Below are positions 8,598-18,019 of a DNA stretch of 64,000 bases, in pieces; positions within the stretch are counted from its first letter, which is position 1; each line of letters opens with the position of its first letter. The notes under the pieces are model-generated. The model was not told where the DNA came from. It searched no databases and was given only the letters and a program-made list of their open reading frames with translations. The stretch is from an uncultured virus (IMG/VR IMGVR_UViG_3300032180_000385) (lineage: Duplodnaviria > Heunggongvirae > Uroviricota > Caudoviricetes). The stretch spans positions 1-64,000 of the IMG/VR virus record IMGVR_UViG_3300032180_000385; one strand, 5' to 3'. The position numbers were made by a program, and so were the translations under genes.

Positions 8598-8990
8598 GTG
8601 GCCAACAATTTTCCATCCCAGCCATCCGGCTTGGCGCTCGCCTCACTGAACTACGTCGTCAAGTTCGCCCCGCTGAGCGGACTTCCGCCGGTCAGCCCGT
8701 TCGCGTTCACAGGGGTGGCAACCGCCCTGGTGACGCAGTTCGCGGCCGGGCAATGGGGGATAAACTTCGACTTCACGGTGCCGGGCCAGACGGGCTCGTT
8801 CGATCAGGATGCCGTTGAGGCGGGAATGAAAGTATGGCTGGAACTAGTCGCACAGGCACTGGCCGCCATTCTCGGCGTTACCCAGGCGCAGGCATCAGCC
8901 GGGATTACCGTGACGCGAATCTGGACGTGGCAGGACGACAGCGCGAGCAACGTCAGCAGCATGAGCGAGAGCTGGCCTTGGACGGCTTAA
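8598..8990 (+). CDS. hypothetical protein
   Basis: clean ORF divergent from the nuclease; TATACT -10-like hexamer just upstream. Confidence 0.55.
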   Translation: MANNFPSQPSGLALASLNYVVKFAPLSGLPPVSPFAFTGVATALVTQFAAGQWGINFDFTVPGQTGSFDQDAVEAGMKVWLELVAQALAAILGVTQAQASAGITVTRIWTWQDDSASNVSSMSESWPWTA

Positions 8991-9670
8991 CCCACGACCC
9001 TGCTCACGATGATCAGCACAGTAAGAAAGAAAGTAAAGACAAGAACACTCCACATGAGCTGCCGCTGGACCAGCGATACTTTGTCCGAACAAATGCTACT
9101 GGCGAGCGGCGGGTTATCTGGAGTGACGAAACTGAGCATCCGCTCCCGATCAACGCTTGCCCCCGTTCTGGCAAAGTCATTTCGCGCATGCCGCCAGCCG
9201 TGGTAGCTTTCCTCGCCACCGTCCACATCACCCAGCGGGCCGAGGTAGAACGGAGACCGGTAGTCGCTATCGTCGTCGCTAATCGTTTCCCTAATGACGA
9301 AGGGCTCGTCGAGTCGCGTGATATCCTGTTCCTCAGCTGCCTCGACGGAATTTTCCGCAGGATCTACCCGAGCCCGGTGCACACCAGAAAGGATGCCGTT
9401 CTTATGACAGGCTCGGCACCATCGCTCCGTCCTGAGGGCTATCGGATCCGATACCTTCCCGCAAACCTCGCACTGCCACAGGTACTCACTCATCGCCGTC
9501 TCCTCCTGCGCTGAATGTACGCCTCCATCAGGATCGGCCCTAACTCGGTGCATGCCCGTGACGATGCCGTCCTCATGGCAGTTCCGGCACCATCGCGTTG
9601 TTGCCTCAGCCTGCGTCCAGCATTTGATTCCGCAAACCTCGCACTGCCACATCTTCCAGTCTCTGCTCAT
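8987..9670 (-). CDS. protein with two tandem CxxC...CxxC Zn-ribbon repeats and a C-terminal TM helix
   Basis: WQCEVCG...RWCRxCH twice; hydrophobic C-terminus. Confidence 0.6.
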   Translation of the reverse strand: MSRDWKMWQCEVCGIKCWTQAEATTRWCRNCHEDGIVTGMHRVRADPDGGVHSAQEETAMSEYLWQCEVCGKVSDPIALRTERWCRACHKNGILSGVHRARVDPAENSVEAAEEQDITRLDEPFVIRETISDDDSDYRSPFYLGPLGDVDGGEESYHGWRHARNDFARTGASVDRERMLSFVTPDNPPLASSICSDKVSLVQRQLMWSVLVFTFFLTVLIIVSRVVG

Positions 9671-9797
9671 CGTCTCCTCCTGCGCTGAATGTACGCCTCC
9701 ATCAGGATCAGCAGGACGAGGATCAGGCAGCTGACTCCGATGAGGATCCTCACGACCGGGCTGTACGGGAGGTCACCCAGCGGAAACGGCGGGCCGG

Positions 9798-9974
9798 TCA
9801 TGATGGCTGCCACGGCACGATGATCAACTGGTAGCGGCCGATCGGGATGATCCGCTGCATGTAAGCGAAATGCGTGTAGTGGACGGACAGCTTCAGGCAG
9901 GGACAGAGAACGTTAAATGTTATGTCTGACGTCGTCGCCACGTCCCCGCACCGCGGGCACTGCCAGCGGATCAC
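9798..9974 (-). CDS. Zn-ribbon microprotein ending VPWQPS
   Basis: WQCPRCG...CPC; GTGA overlap with the previous gene. Confidence 0.6.
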   Translation of the reverse strand: MIRWQCPRCGDVATTSDITFNVLCPCLKLSVHYTHFAYMQRIIPIGRYQLIIVPWQPS

Positions 9975-10150
9975 GATGGCTGCCATAGCACAATGACAAT
10001 GCGGTAGGGAGCGAGCACTTCACGCATGGTCGGGGTGGCCAGCAAATACGGGTCGCAGGCAAGACAGAAGTCAGGGATCGCAGGATAACTCGTCTTAATC
10101 CGGTGCCCGCAGACTGTGCACTCCCAGTCCCAGAGCTGGAAATCGCTCAT
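9971..10150 (-). CDS. Zn-ribbon microprotein ending VLWQPS
   Basis: WECTVCG...CLAC; ATGA overlap. Confidence 0.6.
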   Translation of the reverse strand: MSDFQLWDWECTVCGHRIKTSYPAIPDFCLACDPYLLATPTMREVLAPYRIVIVLWQPS

Positions 10151-10323
10151 GATGGCTGCCACACTACGATGACAATGCGGTAGGGAGCAAGCACTTCACG
10201 CAGGGTCGGGGTGCGCAGCCAGTACGGGTCGCAGGCAAAGCAAAATCTATAAGCCATAGGTCCCGTCGTGAGCCGGTAGCCGCAGTCTGTGCACTCCCAG
10301 TTCCGGGCAAAGAAATCGCTCAC
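10147..10323 (-). CDS. Zn-ribbon microprotein ending VVWQPS
   Basis: WECTDCG...CFAC; near-duplicate of 9971-10150. Confidence 0.6.
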   Translation of the reverse strand: MSDFFARNWECTDCGYRLTTGPMAYRFCFACDPYWLRTPTLREVLAPYRIVIVVWQPS

Positions 10324-10559
10324 GATGGCCGCCACGGTACGATTACCAAACGATACGGGTGCTCGGGTGTCAGCGGTGGCGTTCCCCACGGAATCTTCTT
10401 CATGAACGTAGTCTGCGTGAACGTTTCATAAGGATCAAACGTCTCCCAGGGCACGGGTATCTTCTGCAAGGAAGAGCAGCCGCAGACCGCTTGGCAGTAA
10501 TAACCCGGAGTAACGAACTGACTTCCGCATCTCGGGCATTCCCACAGAATATCGCTCAC
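10320..10559 (-). CDS. Zn-ribbon microprotein ending VPWRPS
   Basis: WECPRCG...CGC. Confidence 0.6.
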   Translation of the reverse strand: MSDILWECPRCGSQFVTPGYYCQAVCGCSSLQKIPVPWETFDPYETFTQTTFMKKIPWGTPPLTPEHPYRLVIVPWRPS

Positions 10560-10720
10560 GATGGCTGCCACGGCACGACTACCAGGCGAACATTTACAAG
10601 ACGCATGACTGTGAACGGAAATTCAGGGCCGAGGCAGCCGCAGACCCAGATGAGATTGAACTCAGAATTATCCGAGCCAGTTGCTTCACTCCCGCATTTC
10701 GGGCATTTCCAGATATTCAC
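10556..10720 (-). CDS. Zn-ribbon microprotein ending VPWQPS
   Basis: WKCPKCG...CGC. Confidence 0.6.
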   Translation of the reverse strand: MNIWKCPKCGSEATGSDNSEFNLIWVCGCLGPEFPFTVMRLVNVRLVVVPWQPS

Positions 10721-10724
10721 CGCG

Positions 10725-10985
10725 TTACTCCCCGACCGGCCGTCCGCCTCGCCCGGAGCTATCACAGAGCCCCATGATCAGATCGTGCATGAAAATCAGC
10801 ACCCGGCTGCCGTCATCGCGGACAATGATCGCCGCCGCGTACGGGCCGTTGCCCTTGCGTCCCGGGTGCGGACCCTCCCAGATAAACCAGCGGTGGCGGC
10901 TGACTAGGTCGTAGTCTTCGTCGTCTACTTTCGCAGTGCGAGTGTCGAGCGTACCGCGGGGGCCGTAAAGCGGGATTTCTTTCAC
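10725..10985 (-). pseudogene. truncated HNH-AP2 endonuclease (N-terminal part only)
   Basis: MKEIPLYG...VDDEDYDLVS..RW...GPYA...MH, paralogous to 10990-11514 but ends before the HNH core. Confidence 0.65.
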
Positions 10986-10989
10986 TGTT

Positions 10990-11514
10990 TTAATTCCCTT
11001 CGCCGAGCGCTGATTGTTCGTTAGGGCCAGCGAAGTTCAGTCGGGCAAACTCTCCCCATGCCTTTCTCGCAGCAGTATCGTAAGCACAAGCAGCATCTTC
11101 TTCAACAGTAAAGCTTCCAATATAATAAGTCTTGCCGTTTATTCTTATTGTTGCGATCCATCTGTATTTGCTTCGATAAACACCCTTAAATTTAGACGTT
11201 CCAGATCGAGAATATCCATTCGCCTTATTCTGAGTATCTGTAGCGATACGAAGATTACTGCGCTGATTATTAAGGCCATTTCCATCACGGTGATCGATGT
11301 TTGTAGCACCTAGAATGAGGCAGTGCATCCGAATTGTAGTTCCAGAGCCGTCCGCGCGCTTTATGGAAGAAACTGCATAAGGACCATGGAGGCGTCCAGG
11401 ACGTTTTTCTTCAAGGATATGCCACTTGTATTGACTAACTAGCTGATAATCTTCATCATCGACGAGAGCAACGCGACCTGCTGCTTTTTTGCCGTTAAGT
11501 ATTATTTCTTTCAT
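10990..11514 (-). CDS. HNH-AP2 homing endonuclease
   Basis: IDHRDGNGLNNQRSNLR, SKFKGV, AACAYD..A...WGEFARLNF; AT-rich. Confidence 0.9.
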   Translation of the reverse strand: MKEIILNGKKAAGRVALVDDEDYQLVSQYKWHILEEKRPGRLHGPYAVSSIKRADGSGTTIRMHCLILGATNIDHRDGNGLNNQRSNLRIATDTQNKANGYSRSGTSKFKGVYRSKYRWIATIRINGKTYYIGSFTVEEDAACAYDTAARKAWGEFARLNFAGPNEQSALGEGN

Positions 11515-11852
11515 TATATTTTCCTGATCTCCCAGAATCCGATCTTCTTCTCGTAGCGTACATACATTTCCGGCTGCTCTTCCTTGAACCTCTTGCTGTC
11601 AAATCTGTACGGTGTCATCCAGGCCAGCTTCAGCTTCGGCAGACCCGGTGTCCCGGTGATGCTGGCGCGAGTCGTTCCCTCCGGGCATGCCGCAGTAGTC
11701 TCCGCCTTGATCGCATCCTTGATCGCCTCGAACCGGCTCGCTGCTTCTTCGGCGGCGGCCTTCGCGCTCTCATACGAGGCCAGTAGCTCCTCGAGACGGC
11801 TCCCCGGCTGCGCGGAAACCTGAAACGGCGGCTCCTTCGGCTGCTCGGTCAC
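11514..11852 (-). CDS. hypothetical phage protein
   Basis: coiled coil followed by RFDSKRFKEEQPEMY. Confidence 0.6.
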   Translation of the reverse strand: MTEQPKEPPFQVSAQPGSRLEELLASYESAKAAAEEAASRFEAIKDAIKAETTAACPEGTTRASITGTPGLPKLKLAWMTPYRFDSKRFKEEQPEMYVRYEKKIGFWEIRKI

Positions 11853-12235
11853 TGCACCAGTCCTCTCGCGACGGCGCGCTCCCGTGCCTCCGGGGTCATG
11901 AACTGCACTGGCTTGCCGAGCTTCTCCGCGTGCGCGATCTCGCCGGCTGTGCTCGGTCCGAAGTAGCCGCTCTCGTCTGACACGACAAACACCCAGTCGG
12001 CCAGGGCGATCTTGTGCCGGTGCAGTTCGTCGAGCCGGATCTTGTCATCGTCGGTGATGTGCAGGTACGCGTCCGACTTGGTGTCGCAGCCGATCGACAG
12101 CACGATCTCGCCCGCCAGAGTCAGTCGGAAGTTCGCCTCCCTGAAAAGATCGTAGAAGCGAGTGCTTCCGCACAGGCATACGATGCGCGGCCGGGTGGGT
12201 GGCCACAGACCGTTATCCTCGAGCTGGTCGGTCAC
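11849..12235 (-). CDS. nucleoside 2-deoxyribosyltransferase-like fold protein
   Basis: IVCLCGSTRF...LDELHRHKIALAD.VFV...GYFGPSTAGEIAHAEKLGKPV. Confidence 0.65.
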   Translation of the reverse strand: MTDQLEDNGLWPPTRPRIVCLCGSTRFYDLFREANFRLTLAGEIVLSIGCDTKSDAYLHITDDDKIRLDELHRHKIALADWVFVVSDESGYFGPSTAGEIAHAEKLGKPVQFMTPEARERAVARGLVQ

Positions 12236-12353
12236 AGCGGTGCTCCCTCGTGTCTGGCGGTACGATCGTTGTGAGTATAGAACCTATGTTGCGTCAGGGG
12301 GAAGCCTGACTTAGACTCTTAGAGACTCAACGGAGCCTGTACTAAGGGGGCAC

Positions 12354-12734
12354 ATGTTCATCACAGGTGTTGATGATGACATAGTTTCATGCCGAGCCTA
12401 CGGCCACCGCTGGCCCTCGAAGAACCTGCGATCCGGTCGGAAGCTGCCCAGGGGCTTCGTTCCGCGGGCGGTTCATAATGGCAGCGTGGAGATCACCGAG
12501 ATATGCCCTGACTGCGGGAAGAAGCGGGTCACCGTGACGCTGCCTGGCGGAGCCTTCAACAAGGAGGTCATCCGGAACTACGTCGACCCGCCGAACTGGC
12601 CGGTGTTCAAGGGCGATGATCGCAAGACGCCACGGGACTTCCAGGCAGAGATGTATCGTAGGGTGAACGAAGAGCTGATGGCCGAAGCGCGCAGGAACCC
12701 GCTACCCCACGACGGGGATGCTTCGGGTGACTGA
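12354..12734 (+). CDS. hypothetical Cys/His-containing protein
   Basis: CRAYGHRW...CPDCG; RBS AAGGGGG. Confidence 0.65.
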   Translation: MFITGVDDDIVSCRAYGHRWPSKNLRSGRKLPRGFVPRAVHNGSVEITEICPDCGKKRVTVTLPGGAFNKEVIRNYVDPPNWPVFKGDDRKTPRDFQAEMYRRVNEELMAEARRNPLPHDGDASGD

Positions 12735-12819
12735 CCTTCAAGGTAGCCTGAGGAGCAGAGAATGCCCTGGCACCGCGCCAACGGCCCAGGGCTGGCCACT
12801 GCCCCCGGAGAACAGCGAC

Positions 12820-13401
12820 ATGAAAACTATACCGCTGTATGGTAAGAAGGCTGCTGGGCGTGTCGCACTAGTCGACGACGAAGACTACGAGCTAGCTATG
12901 AGGTACAGGTGGCACGTTTTTGAAAGAAAACAACCATCGGGTAACACAAATGGCCCTTATGCCTCCACCAACGTCAGAAAGCCTGACGGCTCCAAGCGTA
13001 TTATCCGCATGCATCAACTGCTCATGGGGTTTCCCGCATGCGACATAGACCACAGTAATCACAATAGTCTAGACAACCAGCGCAGTACTAATCTGCGCTT
13101 GGCCACTCGCAGCCAAAACAACGCAAATCAGATACCTCGATCAGGAAAAACTTCTGTATACAAGGGTGTTTCCTGGCATAAAGGCGCTAAAAAATGGACA
13201 GCTAATATCACTGTATACAGTAAACAGTGCTACCTCGGACTCTTCCTTAGCGAAGAAAATGCCGCCAGAGCGTACGATAAGGCTGCACTTGAGACATGGG
13301 GCGATCGAGCGCTGCTTAACTTTCGCCGGGTGAACGATGAGCTGATGGCCGAGGCGCGCAGGAACCCGCTGCCTAGCGACGAGCCTGAGGAGCCCGAATG
13401 A
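12820..13401 (+). CDS. HNH-AP2 homing endonuclease fused to a duplicate of the upstream gene C-terminus
   Basis: IDHSNHNSLDNQR.NLR, YKGVSW, AARAYD; ends RRVNDELMAEARRNPLP like 12354-12734. Confidence 0.88.
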   Translation: MKTIPLYGKKAAGRVALVDDEDYELAMRYRWHVFERKQPSGNTNGPYASTNVRKPDGSKRIIRMHQLLMGFPACDIDHSNHNSLDNQRSTNLRLATRSQNNANQIPRSGKTSVYKGVSWHKGAKKWTANITVYSKQCYLGLFLSEENAARAYDKAALETWGDRALLNFRRVNDELMAEARRNPLPSDEPEEPE

Positions 13402-13633
13402 CAACCGAGACGGAGCCGGCTGCTTCCTCCCTGCACGATCGCATCATCGGTCTGCTGTCGGCCGGCGGACCGGAGCAGATCCGGGCGGCCCTCGTCACGG
13501 TGCTGGAACGCCACGCCCCCCTACGCGATGACTGGGGCAGCATCTCGTGTGCATGCTGGTCGAAGCTCGGGCACCCAGCCTGGCCCTGCTCGGAACTGAA
13601 GCAGATCATCATGGCGCTATCGGAGGAGACGGA

Positions 13634-13975
13634 ATGACGACCACGGCAGAAAACCTGCGGAAGGCCGCGAGCCTGCTCCGCGAGCGCGGGCACTGCAAGA
13701 ACGCCCTGGAAGACGATGACGGCCGGCTGTGCATGATCGGCGCCTGGAATCTGGCCGTTCTGGGCCACAGCAAGAGCACCCCCAGTCGTCACGGCTGCGC
13801 GGACGTAATCATGGACATTGTCGGCGAGCAGTTCCCCGACCGAGTTCCGAATTACATACTGTGGTCCTGGGCGACATTCAACAACCATGACGACACCACC
13901 GCTGATGACGTGATCATGGTGCTGGAGAAGGCTGCTGCCCGGCTGGAGGAGAACGATGAAAATCCTCGGGCGTAA
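13634..13975 (+). CDS. actinophage hypothetical protein (DUF6197-like)
   Basis: LRKAASLLRERGHCK...GRLCMIGA...FNNH...DVIMVLEKAA. Confidence 0.55.
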   Translation: MTTTAENLRKAASLLRERGHCKNALEDDDGRLCMIGAWNLAVLGHSKSTPSRHGCADVIMDIVGEQFPDRVPNYILWSWATFNNHDDTTADDVIMVLEKAAARLEENDENPRA

Positions 13976-14795
13976 TGCTGTGCAATCAGCGCAGGCTATT
14001 ATCCTCGCCGTGAAATCATGGGATGAGCTGACGCAAACCATTATGAATGCTCAGGATGAGGCAGCCCGCAAACGAGATGATCCTTTCTTCAAGGGGGCAT
14101 CGGCTGCCTACGCTAGCGTGCTCGACTGGATGCAGGAGCTAGAAAAAAGAAATGGCCCGCTCGGAGGAAGAATCCGATGAGTGAGTTCATCCTGACCACC
14201 TGCGGATGCAATGAGCCCCAGGTAACCCCTCCCCCGCGATGCACAAACTGCGGCCGGTACAGCCACCGCGTAGATGACGGCTACAAGATTCCTCCCCGGG
14301 AAGGCCTGCTAACCGAGTGGTTTTTCCGGCGCTGGGCACGGCATAGGAACCAGCAGCCGCCGAAGCTGTCGGGTCGGATAACGACGGACTCATCATGACC
14401 ACTATTTACCTGGCTGTCAGCGGTGAGTATAGCGACTCCCGGGTCTGCCACGCGTTCAGCCGCCGGGAAGACGCCGAGAGCTACAAATTGGGCGTTGACG
14501 TGAGGGAGCTGGAGCTGCATGACGGCCCCGTCGAAGTGCGAGAATGGCACATGCTCTGGTGGCGGACAGATCTTCCCGACAGGGAGACGATACCGGGTTT
14601 CGCGAACGCCAATCCATACGAGTCATTTTTGCTCCAGGACTTTAACGGCGACGAGCGGTACTGCCGTCATGACTGGAAAGGTGCGCCTGCCACATCTGCG
14701 GGTGTTCTTACCGTCCAGGGCTGGAATCTCGATCAGGTTCGCAAGGTCTACTCAGAGCAGCGGGCACAGTACCTCGCAGGGAAAGAAGGCATCGC

Positions 14796-15392
14796 GTGAC
14801 CGAGCCGAAAATGCCTGAGCACATCCATGACGATGACGGAACCGTCGAGGGCTGCCCCGGCTGCTTCGCGGAACCTCCTCTCGGAACGCGGCTATTCTAT
14901 GAAGCGATGAAACGCGATGAGGCGATCGAAGCAGAAAGACGGGAATCGGCCATCGTCCAGAGCCCGGACATGATCACCGAACTGCGGCCAGGCCAGATCA
15001 TCGTAGTGGGAACGAACATCCGCGGGCTGCACGCCAGTGGCGCGGCCTGGTACGCGCACCAGCATTTCGGGCTCCGCTGGGGTGTCGGCCAGGGGCTGTC
15101 CGGACAGACGTACGCGCTGCCCACCATGGAAGGCTGGAACGAGCTGCGCCTTGCTGCCGCCCTGTTCTGCAGCTACGCCGCGCTGTCCCACGACCTGACC
15201 TTCCTGCTGACCAAGGTGGGCTGCGGCATCGCCGGCTACGAGGAAGAGAAGGTCAGCGCGCTGTTCGCGAAAGCCCCGGTCAACGTGCTGCGCCCGACTG
15301 GGTGGCCGCCGTTCAAAGGTAAGCCCATTGTTCATCCGGAACCTTACCAAGGCACTCTCCTGAAGCCGAAGCAGGCAAAGAAACATGACTGA
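14796..15392 (+). CDS. macrodomain-like phage protein
   Basis: VVGTN..GLHASGAA..A...FG...GQGLSGQTYALPT...FLLTKVGCGIAGY. Confidence 0.7.
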   Translation: MTEPKMPEHIHDDDGTVEGCPGCFAEPPLGTRLFYEAMKRDEAIEAERRESAIVQSPDMITELRPGQIIVVGTNIRGLHASGAAWYAHQHFGLRWGVGQGLSGQTYALPTMEGWNELRLAAALFCSYAALSHDLTFLLTKVGCGIAGYEEEKVSALFAKAPVNVLRPTGWPPFKGKPIVHPEPYQGTLLKPKQAKKHD

Positions 15393-16398
15393 CAGCGAAG
15401 ACGACGAGCCTGTCGACTGGACTGGTGTGACTGGGCGCCTGCTGCTGAATTTCGTTCCCGAGGATAAACGCGAAGAGGCTGCGGGCTTTCTCGAAGTTTA
15501 CCGGCAGGATGTCCGTGCCGCCACCGTTCATGATGTCGAAGTATGGCTGCGGGCAATCATTGAGCAAGCTAAAAAGGAGAACAACAATGGATAACCCACA
15601 ACTTGGCCGCAAGATCCTCGACATCGCCGACTTCGAGACAGAGCGGTTCGACATGCTCGTCTGGGGGATGACGACAAGCTGCGGAACTGCTGCCTGCCTA
15701 GCCGGGCATACTCTGCTGCAATCTGGCTACAAGCTTGACGGCGGCGAGAACTTCCTTCGCCCCGATGGCACCCCCATTCCAAACAACCCAGGGGAAGAAG
15801 CGCGGCAGCTGCTCGGGATGACCAGGGGAGAAGTAACCTTTTCCGACATGGAGCTGCCCCTGTGGGTGGATTTCAATCACGGGCTGGAGCGGTTCCGGGC
15901 AATCGTCGAGCGAGCCGAGAAGGAGGGGAGCGAATGACTGACCCTAGCCAGCGCGAAATCCGACACCCAGACGTGACCGTGCACCTCTCGACGGGATGCG
16001 ACGGCAACATCGGCGCGGTCATGGCCAGGATCACCGAGGGGCTGCGCCGGGGCGGGTACGCCAACGAGCAGGACGCCTTCCGGAAAGAGATCTTCAACGC
16101 AGAGAGCTACGATCACGCCCTGCGGATCTGCATGCGATGGGTACACGTGACATGACAGACAGGCCATCGATCTTCGGGTTGCCGCTGGACGTGAAAGACA
16201 CTGACCGGATCATCACCTGTACGCCACTAGCCGGGTTCGTTGTCCTCAAGGCTCTCGACAAAGAAGGCGAGATCGTGTACCTGGGCGGCGCCACCGATGG
16301 CCTGAAATCCATTGAATGCCTGGGCATGGCCCGGTATGCGGTGCTGAGGCTGGAGCACGGACTTCTGCAAGAACTAGAGGAAGAAGACGAGGAAAACG

Positions 16399-16857
16399 AT
16401 GAATGACGAGGAGCGCATGATGGGCACGGCAGAGCCTTTTTCCTTCTCCTGGACTATCACCTCTGTTGTCGACCGGAACGCGACGACAACCGCGATCGAG
16501 GCAGATTTCAACGGGGAGCAGTACGTTGTCACCGGATCGGCCAAGCGGGAAAAAGGCGACGTCTGGGATCCGGCCATCGGGCTCACCCTCTCCTTGTCTC
16601 GCGCCCTGAGCGAGCTGTCAGCAGAACTGAAAACGGACGGCCAAGCTCTCGTTCAGGCTGCCGAGCAAGCGAAGCAGGAGCGCATCAGCAGGCACATCAA
16701 GCGCGTGGAACGGAAGGTACTGAACGAGCCGGGGCAGCGCCAAACCCTTTCCATCACTGCCATCCGGGAGAAGTACGGCAATGAGGCCGCCAAGCGGGCA
16801 AGCGAGAGGCGTACCCGTACCCGATGGACCCCGATCGGACGAGACACTTTCGCCTGA
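16399..16857 (+). CDS. DUF1876/dsRBD-fold-like protein
   Basis: TGSAKREKGDVWDPAIGLTLSLSRAL. Confidence 0.55.
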   Translation: MNDEERMMGTAEPFSFSWTITSVVDRNATTTAIEADFNGEQYVVTGSAKREKGDVWDPAIGLTLSLSRALSELSAELKTDGQALVQAAEQAKQERISRHIKRVERKVLNEPGQRQTLSITAIREKYGNEAAKRASERRTRTRWTPIGRDTFA

Positions 16858-17456
16858 TGTCCATGCCCGACGAAACCCGCGAGATAGCCCCCAACCTGAA
16901 CGGACGGCAGAGGCTCCTAGCCGACGCGATCCTGCTAGAACGAACGGCTGTGGTGCTGCTGCGGCGGGGTGGAGCTGCGGCCACCGTCACCTATCTTAAG
17001 TCAACTGCACGTTACTGGCGAGACTTGGCGGAGGAAGAATGAATCGGGCGATGCGAATCAGATGGCAGGCGGCACCAGACGACTTGATCGGCGGCTGGTG
17101 TGTGCAGATGGAAGGCGAGCTGACACCATCAGAAGGCGGAATTCAGATTGCGAACTTCGTCAGCCAGGAGGTCGCCGAGCACACCACTCTACTGCATAAC
17201 CAGTGGCTGGAAGCGCAGGCCGAAGGCACCGCGGGGAGTATCAGGCCGGGGCAAGTGTGGGCGGATCTCACACCTGACCTGAGAGGCCGGACTGTAGAAA
17301 TCCTGAGCATCGAAAAAGGCAGAGCTGTCTGCAAGGTTCTGACCAATAGCAAATGGTCTGCTAAATCGGCCGGACGTACGGTAAAGATCAGCCTGTCCAG
17401 GTTCCGGGAAACTAATCATGGATTTCGGCTCGTCGAGCAATCTGGGGGAAAGAATT

Positions 17457-17852
17457 ATGCGTGAGATAGTTACCCAGATCCGGATTTATGACGACCTGGA
17501 TCATGCCCGGGACAAGAGCAAGAACGAGGCTGCGCACACGGTCACCGTCGGGCTGAACGGCGTCTGGCGCGAGCTGGACCTGTCGGAGGATCACCACAAG
17601 GAGCTGATAGCGCTGCTGCAGCCGTACCAGGACGCCGGGCACGTGCCGGCCGAGGCACCAAAGCCGAATGATCCGCTGCGCGGGAAGCGGTCGAGCCCGG
17701 AGTTCGCGTACATGCAAGGAATGCGGGAATTCGCGAAGGCGAACAACCTCCGGTATGTCACCTCGACGGGTAAGTTCTATTATAGTACCAGCCTGAGGAA
17801 GGCATATGCCGAACACCTGGCGAAGGAAGCGAGAGGGGAGACAACGCTATGA
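17457..17852 (+). CDS. Lsr2-like protein (divergent)
   Basis: IYDDLD...VTVGLNGVWRELDL...LQPY...MREFAKAN...TGK. Confidence 0.75.
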   Translation: MREIVTQIRIYDDLDHARDKSKNEAAHTVTVGLNGVWRELDLSEDHHKELIALLQPYQDAGHVPAEAPKPNDPLRGKRSSPEFAYMQGMREFAKANNLRYVTSTGKFYYSTSLRKAYAEHLAKEARGETTL

Positions 17853-18019
17853 TGGGGACTATGATACTCATGAGACACGGAGTGAAGGCCGGGGACATAG
17901 GTCGTACTGTGAAAAAGCGCGAACTAGAACCCCTGAGCGTGCCCGCCGAAGAGCCGCTGACAGCTCCTGCCGAGGAACCGGCACCTGTTCTCGTGCCCGA
18001 ACCGCAGCCTGCTTAAACG

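Noticed and set aside
9297..9311. possible self-target of the tcgtcatga/gccctcgta unit (acgaagggctcgtc)
   Set aside because: needs an indel and mismatches; expected by chance in 64 kb of GC-rich DNA
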